DNA from: Craspedostauros australis | Lineage: Eukaryota | Assembly: GCA_030167865.1 (NCBI GenBank) | Contig: JALAGF010000277.1 | Location: 62,001-117,784, forward strand | Reading direction: 5' to 3' | DNA: 55,784 nt | Shown: positions 1 to 11,179 of the stretch, piece after piece | How the letters are laid out: each line of letters begins with the position of its first letter | Position numbering within the stretch: the stretch's first letter is position 1 | Position numbers and translations under genes: made by a program | Notes under the pieces: generated by a model | The model's input: the letters and a program-made list of their open reading frames with translations, nothing else | The model's database searches: none | Told to the model about the DNA's origin: nothing

Positions 1-2
1 CC

Positions 3-152
3 TCCAGAGAAGAAGAGGGCAAGGAGGTCATGAAGGAAGTCATCTCCATGCAGATGGACCTCGATAAGGAGACCGAGAAGCGAAAGGAGGAGGAGACCGC
101 GCGACTCAAGGAGATGGCCGCGAAGGCAGCCCAACCAACAACCACCGAGTAA
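3..152 (+). CDS. 3' end of a gene truncated by the window edge (charged, coiled-coil-like C-terminus)
   Basis: Frame 3 is open from the window start: SREEEGKEVMKEVISMQMDLDKETEKRKEEETARLKEMAAKAAQPTTTE, TAA at 150-152. Codon bias (GAG/AAG/ACC) resembles the other genes. Confidence 0.7.
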   Translation, partial: SREEEGKEVMKEVISMQMDLDKETEKRKEEETARLKEMAAKAAQPTTTE

Positions 153-2350
153 GCAATGATTTGCCGCACTCGTATGTGGGCGATAATTGATTCAACTTGT
201 ACGCGTTCGCCTTCGACTTCGAATCAACATGGTACCATACGATTCGATGCACAAATTGAATCCGGTTTATTCCGATGATCCACACAGCTACGTTGCCGGG
301 CTTGGCTTCTATCGTAGCACCAAGGAGTCATGCGCATGGATGGGCCGAGCTTGGCTGAAGTTATGAAAGCGGCGTGACAGCGAAACGGAAAGGAGGAAGC
401 TACTCCACTCCGCTCGATGTACCATGCACCGATCTCGCGGTGTGAGGGACTTTTGGCGACAAATATCGCACTCCAAGAAACGTTACTATAGAACCTTGCA
501 AGAACACTTTCATTGTCAAATACTCGTTGGTTGATCGCTTCGTTGATCGTGCTGAGTGCACGAGGAGCTCGTATGCATGTACGCACGGCGCGTGTATGCC
601 TTCTCTGACTTGGGGTTGAGTGCGATGACGAACAAACTTGAATGCGCTTCGACTTTGGGATGTGGATTGTTGCTTCCAGACGCGACTGACGTTGATCGCA
701 CCGTGCCTTCTTCGTTGACGTCGAGACTGGTGTAATCGTGATCCGAGTCGTCGCTGCCGTATCTCCTTCAAGAAACTGTCGTCAACTATTGTTGCCGAGG
801 AGCCTTTGAATTGATAGCATTCTCCATCGCATCCCTGCGAATGATGCGCGATCTGGTTCCGCATCGCATTCTGTTTCTCTTTGGCACAACCCCTCGCGCA
901 TTCCAAAATGATTGAGACGCGGAGACGTTGATGATCGCAGATGCGACTTGGAATGATCGCACGCGGTCGAGTGCTACGATCACAATGCTGTGGACACCGT
1001 TGGAGCAAATGAAACGACAAGAAGTGGCGCGAACAAACATGAACGTGGGAGTATACCAGAGTCCATGCCTGCATGGCAAACAGACTGTGCGATCAGGCGG
1101 AGTGCGATGCAGAACAAAAGCTGAATAGAAATACGGTAATCACAGCAAAAAGAGTGGGGTTTAGAACACGCATCGTCTTCGGGATGAAACAGGCTCACTG
1201 ACGTGTGATGCAATACTTTGGTTGAGGTTGAGGTTGAGGTTCATGCAGACGTTGGTGATGTTGCTTGCTTTTGTTGTTGGCGTGCGAGTGTTGTGAGGTT
1301 TGGGCGATGCTGGCATCGCCATCTTGTTCCGGACTGAATCGAGAAGGTATCTTTCATTGATGAGTCTTGGAACAAGCCCATAACCCGAATTCACTCGTCT
1401 CCGCCAATCAGAAGAAGCCATTTGGGAGGGTTACGTCAGTATCGTGTCAAAGAGATACTACAACCATTCCGGCAAGTTGGCAACAGCTGTATCCTTGCGC
1501 TTCAAATTCCAATCAGACACATCAACCAAAGACGACGGATCCGAACGATGCGCACATGAGCCATCAACAAGCCACACCAGGAACAGAGAGACACCACCAA
1601 CCAACAAACGCGCATACCAATACTTCGTGTGGATGAGAAACAGATCTCAGCGCGCCGTGATTGTTCCTACATGATTCCCATCGGCATCAGCTCCTACACC
1701 AACAGCCTCACCCCAGAAAGGCGATCCTTGCAGTTGCAGCAACCAACTTCAAGCACACGTGACGCCCTACAAACACGAGCGTAGGTACGTAAATGCGAGA
1801 GTATGGCGCAGATAAGCGCGAGCGTTGGAATAATGCTCGCGAAGTCGAGTCCCCTCAATTAGTGGAAGTATGCCCCAGATAGAGTGCGCACAGTTGCCAA
1901 AGGAACATAACGTGCCCAGAGCGGAGGTAAGTATCGCAGCCATCAATGCCAAGAGTGCGATCAGTTTCCTCATCTCCTTGTATCGTTGCAATTGTATCGC
2001 CTACTGAGACGACCAAAGTTGCATCATCAGTTGTGAATCGCACCATCGGCCGAGTGCAAACTTGTACCATGCTCTACGACAGGTGTGCAACGCAGAAGCA
2101 GCCTTGACCAGCAACAACCACAAGTGATTGTTTGGAACATTTATCTCACGCACCACCTGTTACACCTGGCAAACGTCCACAAACTACTCCACTTGTCGCT
2201 GTCATCATCGTCATCAATTGGGCCTTTGACAACTCGGCAATCCTCCTCCTCACAAAAAACGCAGCCAGACCAACTGATCCAGCCATCCATTCATCTCCCC
2301 GCCAACCTTGACCTCTCTTCGCATTCAGTCAAACACTCTAGAGAAACACC

Positions 2351-5300
2351 ATGAAGCTCTTCAACAGCATGCTGCTGCCCGCTTGCGCACTTCTGGCAAT
2401 GGGAGCCACCCTAGTCCAAGGAACCACCATGAATGGAGCCCCAGCCATCAAGAACCTCCCACGTGCTCACGGTGAGTACTATATCGATGCTGGCCATGAT
2501 GCCGATGATGCTGCGTGTCCTGTCGATCTGAGGACGGCACAGCCATGCCCAACACAACATGCTCTGCACAATCGTTCTACATGCTCTTCCTTTGCTTCCA
2601 CTTATACCTTCGTCGTTTGCACAACTCAACTTTGATGGGCTTCCTTTGCATTTGTTCTTTCGCATCTTTGTTCTGACCGTACGCACTTGTTGGCCTACGT
2701 CCTTCGTTCCTCCGTGTCTTTCTTTGTTCCTTCGACTTTCATCAAATCACCACCCCCGCACCAACAGCCAAGCAACTCGATATCGTGAACGACGAGTTCG
2801 ACTACATCCTTGCCGGTGGCGGGTTGGCCGCAACCGTCCTCGCGGAACGTTTAACGCGTGACGGAAAGAAGGTCCTCATCCTCGAGGCAGGTGACAAGGA
2901 CTACAGGAACATCTTCATCCGCATGCCCGCCGGCATCTTGCGTCTCTTTCGATCCAAGTTCGATTGGCAGTTCGAATCCCAAGGAGAGAAAGCATGCAAC
3001 GGGCGCAACATCTTCCTTCAGAGAGGAAAGGTGCGTGCAAACAGCTGTGCTGTGCTCTGTCGTGTTGTGCGTGCCACTCAGTGAAGGTGGCGTGTGAGGC
3101 AGAATAGAGTAGAGGACAGCACTGTACCGTGCCGTACCGAACTCTATTCTGATCTCCTCCCATGCCTGCTGAACCATGGCCCCATGAATGATTGGAAATT
3201 GGTGCCTTCAGCTTGTACTGTTCCACATGTCGGCCATCATCTTCGTGTGGATGTTCTCGCGTCGAGCAGAGCAGAGTACACCGCTTGCAACATGCAACAG
3301 ACACATGGGAAACATGCATGCATGAGAATGACTGACATGTGTGCGAAGTCGATTCGCATCTGGAGTACTCTGGTATCTCACCCTGCATTATTCTTGTGCC
3401 GTGCCCGTGGCAACACTCCACCTGGAATTCAAACCAATCCATCATGCAACAGGTCTACGGTGGCTCCTCATGCACCAACGTCCTTCTGTCGCTCCGTGGA
3501 TCTGCCATGGACTACGATGCCTGGGGCGTCCCAGGCTGGACCGCAGCGGACGTCCTTCCCTTCTTCAAGGTCACCGAAAGGGACATGACCGGCCGTTCCC
3601 CCGAATGGCACGGCAAGGAAGGCGAGTGGGTGGTGGACGATGTCCGATACCAGAACCCGCTCTCCAAGCGCTTCCTCGAGGTCTGCGCTTCGGCTGGCGT
3701 TGGCCTCAACGATGACTTCAATGACTGGTCCCGCCCACAGGATGGTGCTGGAAGATTCCCGGTCAACGAGGACAACGGTGAGCGATGCCATGGAGGCAAG
3801 GCCTTCCTCGACAAGGCCCTGCGACGCAAGAACTTGAGCATCTGCACCGGCACGATGGCTCGAAAGATCATTTTTGATGATGACAAGACCGCCGTCGGAG
3901 TGGCCTACGACTTGATCGGCGACGACACTTGCACCGTAAGTTGCAAACCATGATGCTTGTTTTGTCGCTGCTGCTGCTGTTGTCGTTGTTGTTGTTGGTG
4001 GTGGTGGTATGGCTTATTGTATGATATTGGATGTGGATAAAGGCGCATACTCTGCTACGGAGTATGTTTGGTCTCCAACGATGCGTGAACAACCCAAACG
4101 AGTCACACCGATCATTTCTTGCATGTTCGCACACTATTCACCCATCCATCCTTTCTCTCACACCTCAATTCCATGCTCTTGCCCCCAATGCACACACCCT
4201 ACAACTATGACCAAAATCACCACCGGATGCGCATTCGCATTCAATGCCATCCATACTATCGTATGCATATACGCTTTCACATATGTGCACCTGCAGCGAT
4301 TCGATGCGCGCCTCAAGGAAGGTGGTGAGGTCATCTTGACGGCGGGAGTCGTCGGTTCGCCGCAGCTGCTCATGTGCAGCGGAGTTGGACCCAAGGATCT
4401 TCTCGAGGCAAATGGCATCCCTGTCGTTCACGACAACCCGAGCGTGGGGAAGAATTTCCAGGACCATCCTGCCATCGTCGTCTCCTTCCGAACACCAAAG
4501 AAGGGAGTCAGTGTCACATCCCTCCTCCGTTTCTTTGGAATGACAAACCCATTCCCCATCCTTCGCTGGTACCTCTTCAAGAGCGGACTCTTGACATCAA
4601 CTGGCTGCGATCATGGTGCGTTCGTCCGTACATCCGCATCCACGGGACAGCCAGACCTCCAGATCCGTTTCATCGCCGCAAAGCCCCTTGGGGCCGACGG
4701 AATGACGACCTACACCCAATTCCGCAACTCCAAAGCTCCTGTAAGTATGACACCACACTCTGGTCTATTCCATTCGCATTGGCGTGCTCCTGCATACGAC
4801 AGTGAAATGAAAGACAACTATCTGGCGTGTATCGAGTTGGATCAGTGATTGGTTTGTGCACAGGTATCGCAGAGTGAGATGCAACAAGCAGCAACAACTG
4901 CACCAACCGCATACCCAGCCGGATGTTTGGTCGTTGTCGCCTTTCCGTCACATCTACCTCTCTGTCCTTTCCGCGCATCGTATGATCTCACTAACACGCG
5001 CATCCCTATCGATCGTACTCGATCTACCCCACCGTGTCTGTCCTTTCCTTTCTTCTTCCCTCCGTGTGACTCCACCTGGCTCCCCTGTATTCAATCATCG
5101 TGCCGCAGGAGGATGGATACACATTCCAGCTGATTGCCGTCCGACCCAAGTCAAGAGGCGAGATCCGCATCAACTCGTCCAACACCCACGTGAAGCCGTC
5201 CATCGACATGGGTTACCTCAATAACTCTGCCGACGTCAGAACCCTGACCGAGGGAGTGAAGCTCGCACGACAGCTTGGAAAGAACGTGGGCTGGGAGGAG

Positions 5301-5672
5301 TACCTCGGCGAAGAGGTCTACCCAGGAATCGACGTCCAGAGCGATGCCGAAATCCACGAATATGCCAAGAACACTGTGCACAGCGCCAATGCAGGTGTTG
5401 GAACGTGCCGGATGGGCACTGGCAACGATGCCGTCGTCACGCCATCGCTTGAGGTCATCGGCGTGAAGAATGTCCGGGTCGGTGATTCTTCGGTCATCTG
5501 CACCATCCCAGGTGGACAGACCGCCACCCCAACCGTGATGATCGCCGAGCGTTGCGCCGCCTTCGTCCGCAGCATGAAGAACAAGATCCCAACAGCCTTC
5601 CATGTGGAGAAGAAGAAAATCACGTCGTCCTCTTCCTCCAAGAAGGCAACAGCGGCAGCCGGGACTGCATAG
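2351..5672 (+). CDS. FAP: Fatty acid photodecarboxylase (FAP)-type GMC oxidoreductase, 624 aa; exons 2351-2471, 2768-3030, 3453-3935, 4297-4740, 5109-5672
   Basis: Four GT-AG introns join in frame (1875 nt). FAD-binding motifs: DYILAGGGLA, LEAG, RGKVYGGSSCTN. FAP-clade motifs: DFNDWS, LTSTGCDHGAFVRT, PDLQIRF, DGMTTY, HSAN, IPGGQT, VMIAER. Hydrophobic N-terminal signal peptide. Confidence 0.9.
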
Positions 5673-6533
5673 GACAATCGCAGGCAGGTCAGCGCATGAA
5701 GCATCCTCATCGGAGCGAAGAAGGCACAAAACAAGAAACATCACAACGAAAGTCAACGCAGAGAAGAGAAGAGCAGAGCAGTACCAAGGAGAACAGGAAG
5801 AGAAACAAATGCGATGATGGTCCTGTTGCCGTTCATCGTCCATCGCTTGACGAGTCAACCGCATCCATACGTACTGCGATACTCAGCTGTCGTTTCGATT
5901 CGAGCGCACTGACGAGTACTCTACTCTACGGGTGGACTCTAATACATGTTTGCAACTTACGAAAACAGTACTCTGCCATACTCTCTAGAGTGCAACATTG
6001 TTCACCACATCCGAAGAAGCCCACCGCTTCTCTTGTTTGCATTGTTGCGGAGGGGGGAAAGATTACTCCGCTCAAGTCCATTCTATTCTAGCGAGGTTGC
6101 GACAGTGTTACTCTAGCTTTGCCTGACGAAATGATTCCTTCGAGCGCAACATACGACTCAGTCGATCAATTTGGTTTTGAAATCGAAGTGTTCGTCTCGA
6201 CTTTGTTCTTGATTGTAATTCGTGTTTGAACGGATACAAGACTCGCCGGATGAGGTTGATGTTCCGCCAATCAACCTTCCACCAAAGATCATCACGGTGA
6301 TGGTTGGCGGCGACTGTAATACACGGTGATGGCACACGAAAGAAGTTGCGCAAGAGCGCGACAAGTGGGGGTGCGTCGCTGCGGGATTGGAAGATTGGTG
6401 GGTGGCACATTGATGGTCGGAGGCAGTTGATTCCGACTCTCACTTCATCCATACTCGTGTTCGTACTACGAGCTACGAGTGCACACCCAACATCGTCCAC
6501 GTTTTTCCTCTTGTGTGCATCTCCCTTCCGAAC

Positions 6534-7526
6534 ATGTTCATCGCTCTTCGAGTTCTGACTCTGCTGTGCGGCGTTGGGATGGCCATTGGCTTTTCCGCAT
6601 CTCCGCTGTCGTTTCATCAACGAGTCAGCCAGCCGAGGCAGGATCTTTGTCTCCAGGCATCCTCCGATGGTGATGACACCAGCAGCGACGCAGAACTGCG
6701 GCAGGTCGTTGATTGGGCAAAGTCCGAGCCGCTGGATTCATTGCTTCCCCGCGACGACGCCAAGTCCATCCTCGCCGAGCTGCTGTCGTCGGATTCGCTG
6801 ATAGACGACAGCGAGGCCCTTGTTGCCATCAACTGGGAGAAGATCGAGGCAAGGTTGAAAGCGGAAGATCGGTCCATCGCGCAGCTGCTCGGAGACGGAT
6901 CCACCGATTCCGTGCTGAAAGCCGTAGGTTCGATCGAGGGGTACGATTCCGATGCCGTCCGTGCGTTCCTCTCCAGCGACGCTATCAGCAGCCTCTTCAG
7001 CCGCATTCTGTATGACGGCATCTTCGAATTCTTCCAAAGGATCGACGTGTTTGGCAACATCGTCAACGGCCTGCCCATCATCGGGCCCATCCGCAAGCAG
7101 ATCGTGACAGAGACCAAGAAACAGCTGGACCGGTCGCTGGGTCCGCTCGTGCAGAACTTCCTGTCCACGTACACCAAGATCGCCGTCGTGCAGGCAGGCG
7201 AGTACGTGCTGTCGCCCAGCAATCGCAAGTCCTTCGCCAGCGCCAACGTGCGTCTCGTTTCCAACATCCTGGAACGCCCCATCAATTCCGTGCTGCCGCC
7301 AGAAGATCTCACCGACAAAGTTCAGGAGGCGTCGTTCGATTTCTTGCGGAAGCTGGAGTCGGACAAGGTCAATGAGTACGTCGATGTGGTGTACGATTTT
7401 CTCGGTGACAAGAAGCTGGAATCGGCCGTCGACGTGGACAAGGTATTGGACGCGTCGCCCACTCTGGAAGCGTCGCTCGTTCGGATACTGGAACGATCCA
7501 GAGCGACGTCTGAAGCATCCAAGTAG
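6534..7526 (+). CDS. Hypothetical helical protein, probably plastid-targeted (330 aa)
   Basis: Long ORF with strong codon bias. Signal peptide MFIALRVLTLLCGVGMAIG followed by F-SASPLSF transit-like region. No family recognised. Confidence 0.8.
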   Translation: MFIALRVLTLLCGVGMAIGFSASPLSFHQRVSQPRQDLCLQASSDGDDTSSDAELRQVVDWAKSEPLDSLLPRDDAKSILAELLSSDSLIDDSEALVAINWEKIEARLKAEDRSIAQLLGDGSTDSVLKAVGSIEGYDSDAVRAFLSSDAISSLFSRILYDGIFEFFQRIDVFGNIVNGLPIIGPIRKQIVTETKKQLDRSLGPLVQNFLSTYTKIAVVQAGEYVLSPSNRKSFASANVRLVSNILERPINSVLPPEDLTDKVQEASFDFLRKLESDKVNEYVDVVYDFLGDKKLESAVDVDKVLDASPTLEASLVRILERSRATSEASK

Positions 7527-8200
7527 AGCAGAATACCAATAGAGTTGAGTAGATCGTGCTCCAATGGATTTGAGTTTATGCCAGTACAAATGGTACGGCT
7601 CTATGATGATATTCCAATGTCATGACACCGTGTTCCGCAGCAGTCGCAGTTGCATGCCCGCGAGCTACGCCATGTGATACATGGAATACTCGCGAAAGAG
7701 AGAGAGAGAGTTGCTTCACGCTCATTGTACGAGTACCGTGGCTACTTGTAGTCTTGTTGCCATGGAGACGGCGGAGCTGCTCCTTCAACACAACAGTAGT
7801 GCTAATGCGGTACAGGAGGCGCACTTCAATCACTATTCCATTTCACGAGTATTGGTACTCACGAGAATTACTACTCCACCTACTCCACTCCACTCTGCTC
7901 CACTCTACTCAGCTTCATCGATTCATGTTGTGTATATTAGATGATGAAGTGCAGACATGGCAACGCCTCAATAGATGAAGTTGCAAATCAAATAGGCCAA
8001 AGAACTTTTGAGTACTCTGGGGAGTACTTTGCAAAACTGTATCGCGCTGCCACACACAATCTCATGTTGCGATTGCTTCCCTCAATTCTTGCGTTATCGT
8101 TACTATGACTCCACAGGATAACATACGCACAGAAGAGCATCCAGAGATCTATGCCTCCTTGCATCATTCGAAATGGAAGAAGTTCTCTCTCTCTCTCTCT

Positions 8201-10219
8201 CTAGTCCTTCTGTCGACGAGGTTTTGTCATCTTGGCATTCATCTTCTTGTTCTTGCCGCCCTTCTTGGATTTGGACTTCTCCGAGGCTGCGGCCTTGAGC
8301 TTGGATGGTGGGACGGAAAGCTCACCCTTTGGCTTCTTCTTGGGTGCGGGCTGGGCCTTGTCATTCTTTCGTTTCTTCTTGCCGCCCTGAAGTTTGCGCT
8401 TGCCACTAACATCCTTCTTGTCATGCTTCTTCTTATTGCTGTTGCCGTTTGCCTTCTTGTCGGACGCATCGGTTGCCTTCTCTTCACCAGTCGCCGTGCC
8501 ATCATCCACGTTCTCGACTTCTTCGCCGTCCTTGCCATTGTTCTCCCCTTCGGCCTTCTTCGGTTCATCGCCGGGACGACGATCGCTCAGCTTCTTGATC
8601 TTGCACACGTAGAATCCGTCCATGTTGTGCACGTGCGGGTAAAATCTCCTCGTCAAGGCGACGGAGGAATGGAAGCGCTTGTTCTGATACCGCGTGAAGC
8701 CGGGCTTTCCAAACTCGAGACCGGCATCGATGATCTTGATGTCGCGTTTTTGCAGGGCGTAGTTGACGACTTCCTCATTCTCCGCCACGCTGATGCTGCA
8801 CGTCGAGTAGACCATGATGCCGCCCGTCTTGCTCTTTGGGTTCAGCGTGTCGATGGCGGCCAGAAGGAGCTCCTTCTGCAGGTGTCCGCATTTGAGAATG
8901 TCCGCCATGGTGCGCTGCACCTTCACGCTGGGATCTCTGCTGATGACGCCCAGTCCGGAGCACGGTGCATCGAGAAGAACGCGGTCGAATCGGTACTGCT
9001 TGAAGTGGTTGCCGATCTTGCGTCCGTCGTGCACGCAGGCGATCACGTTCTTGACACCGAGACGGTGCATGTTGGCCACCGTCGCCTTTTGGCGATCGGG
9101 ACGCAGGTCGTTGGCGAAGATGACACCAGTGTTGCGCATGAGCTGTGCGATGTAGGAGGTTTTGCCACCCGGCGCTGCGGACATGTCGAGCACCCTTTCG
9201 TTTGGTTGCGGGGACAGCGCCAGGATGGGGCACATGGATGCGGCGCTTTGCAGCATGTAGTGCCCGGATAGGTATTCGGGTGTGGCGCCGACGGGGACGG
9301 GACTCTCGATGATCTTGAGACCGACCTTCGACCAGTTGGCCAGCGGATCGAGAGACACGCCGCGCTTCATGAGGGCCATGGCAAGGTCCTTCCGCCTCGT
9401 TTTCAAGGTGTTGGTACGCACGACCATCGGCCTTGGCTTGTCTGAATACTCGACGAACTCCAACGCCTCCGCGGGGCTGAACATCGTGAGGAAGTACGCA
9501 ATGAGCTCTGGCAGGTAACCGAAAAGATCGGCAACGAATGCAGCCAAGGCCTCCATGTAGTCGCTGCGAGGCCGTCCTGGTTCGCGCAGCTTGCTGAAGT
9601 TGGCAAGCACCTCGAGGATGGATTCGACGTGTTCGCGGATCTCCGATGGCGGGATGACACGGTCGATGTCCTGCTCCAGCTCCTCCTTGGTCGGCAGATG
9701 GTAGATCTCCGTGTGCTGTGCGATGGTGTCACGCATCTCGCGCTCGGCATCCTCCTCCTCTGCCAATTTCTCCGCGTCCAAGAACCGCGACTGCCGTTCG
9801 ATCTCCAATTCGTCATCGCTGTCATCGCCATCATCGCCATCACCACTGGCATCACCACTGGCATCATCATCTTCATCATCACTGGCATCATCGTCGCTAT
9901 CATCATCATCATCCGATGACATGAGCTGCGACTTCTTCTTTGGAGCCAGCTTGAGCCACTTGGCATTTTCATCTGAGAATGCCTTGCCCTTCGTGGCTTC
10001 ATCACCACTGTCGTCATCGTCGCTGCTACTGTCCTGATCGGATTCGTCGTCATCGTTTGTGGCCTTCATGAGGACCTCTTCGTCGGAACTTTCATCTGAG
10101 ACGCCATCGTTGGTCTCTTCCTCCACTAACTGCTTCTTGCGGTTGTTCTTCTTTGCTGGCTCATCCGATGTGGATCCCTTCGATGAGCGGCGCCCCTTTC
10201 TTGATTTGCTTGCCACCAT
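8201..10219 (-). CDS. NOP2: NOP2/NSUN1 25S/28S rRNA cytosine-C5 methyltransferase
   Basis: Acidic N-terminus; RTNTLKTRRKDLA, GATPEYLSGHYMLQ, LDMSAAPGGKT, DRVLLDAPCSG, VYSTCS, RRFYPHVHNMDGF; Lys-rich tail. Confidence 0.96.
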   Translation of the reverse strand: MVASKSRKGRRSSKGSTSDEPAKKNNRKKQLVEEETNDGVSDESSDEEVLMKATNDDDESDQDSSSDDDDSGDEATKGKAFSDENAKWLKLAPKKKSQLMSSDDDDDSDDDASDDEDDDASGDASGDGDDGDDSDDELEIERQSRFLDAEKLAEEEDAEREMRDTIAQHTEIYHLPTKEELEQDIDRVIPPSEIREHVESILEVLANFSKLREPGRPRSDYMEALAAFVADLFGYLPELIAYFLTMFSPAEALEFVEYSDKPRPMVVRTNTLKTRRKDLAMALMKRGVSLDPLANWSKVGLKIIESPVPVGATPEYLSGHYMLQSAASMCPILALSPQPNERVLDMSAAPGGKTSYIAQLMRNTGVIFANDLRPDRQKATVANMHRLGVKNVIACVHDGRKIGNHFKQYRFDRVLLDAPCSGLGVISRDPSVKVQRTMADILKCGHLQKELLLAAIDTLNPKSKTGGIMVYSTCSISVAENEEVVNYALQKRDIKIIDAGLEFGKPGFTRYQNKRFHSSVALTRRFYPHVHNMDGFYVCKIKKLSDRRPGDEPKKAEGENNGKDGEEVENVDDGTATGEEKATDASDKKANGNSNKKKHDKKDVSGKRKLQGGKKKRKNDKAQPAPKKKPKGELSVPPSKLKAAASEKSKSKKGGKNKKMNAKMTKPRRQKD

Positions 10220-11179
10220 GTTGATCGTTTGTTAGATGGCCGAGAATGTTGTGGATGCAGCTGGGCAGTGAAGTAGAGCAGAGTATTGCGTGGCGATGCG
10301 GTACGCGTAGATGTACTTATTCCATCCGCCATGTATGAGTACCATGGGGTGATGTGTGTCGGATTGTTGATGTTCACATGTTTCTTTCTTTGGAATTACT
10401 CTGTTTTTCGTTTTGGTTTGGTGGTTGCGACTTTGCAACGAACGAATGCCAGACGCATTTCTAGTCTGAATGGAACAGGCTAAGACGCTCGCACAAAACG
10501 GGAACAGTTGGCGTTGAATTTTGGGAGGATTAACGTGTTTGTCCACGATCTCGTCAACGACGTTGGCTCAACATCAGCAAACATGGGGGCTGTTCTACCA
10601 CTTCCGACCGTTTGTATGGTATCGTTGGCACAGACACGGGCATGGATGCCGATTCTGATGGTCAAACGGATACGGATGCGGAGAAGAAGGCGAAGGCCGC
10701 TGCAGTTTGGCACGATCACTTGATGAAGCTGTATTGTATAGTAATGCTGTTGCGTTTATAAGTGTCTGTATTGTATGGTACATATGACATTTAGGATGGT
10801 ATTGTACTCAGTATATGCTTCGCAGGTCGAACTGTGGTGCAGTGGAGGGTGTTGTCGATTCCGTTGCTGTGGTGCAACCTTGAACCACGAATGGTCCCAA
10901 CCAAGTGCTGTCCCGAGAGTCCCCTTCCGTGTTGTCAGGCGTGTGAGTGTGACTGAACGAATGAGAGACTGGTCAAGTGGCACTTCGGCAACAGTCCCTG
11001 AGATCTCGTTCGTGGTGCTTCCGTCTTGTCGGCAGTTGCGATGACGCTTGGGCACATCTTCCAGAGAAGCTCGAAGGCGTCGCATGCCTCTTGGATAGAG
11101 ACTTCGATGAGTGGGCACGAGTGCGAGTGTGTGCACTCTACGTGTTGTTGCCATCTGGACACATTCACTGGTTAAATGG

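Noticed and set aside
687-1438. Four TGACGT (aureochrome/bZIP-type) hexamers upstream of FAP
   Set aside because: They lie 0.9-1.7 kb from the ATG and the hexamer is common in this CG-rich DNA; not distinguishable from chance by eye.
224-2070. Several minus-strand ORFs, including a signal-peptide-like MRKLIALLALMAAILTSALG near 1973
   Set aside because: No recognisable domain, weak codon bias, and I could not build a consistent spliced model.
2965-2982. tRNA T-loop-like GTTCGAATCCC
   Set aside because: Lies in FAP coding sequence (QFESQ) with no cloverleaf.
8105-9271. Long antisense ORFs opposite NOP2 (similarly opposite MYG1 38306-39436, HVA22 50675-51727, lipase 46690-47514)
   Set aside because: Shadow ORFs caused by strong codon bias of the real genes on the other strand.
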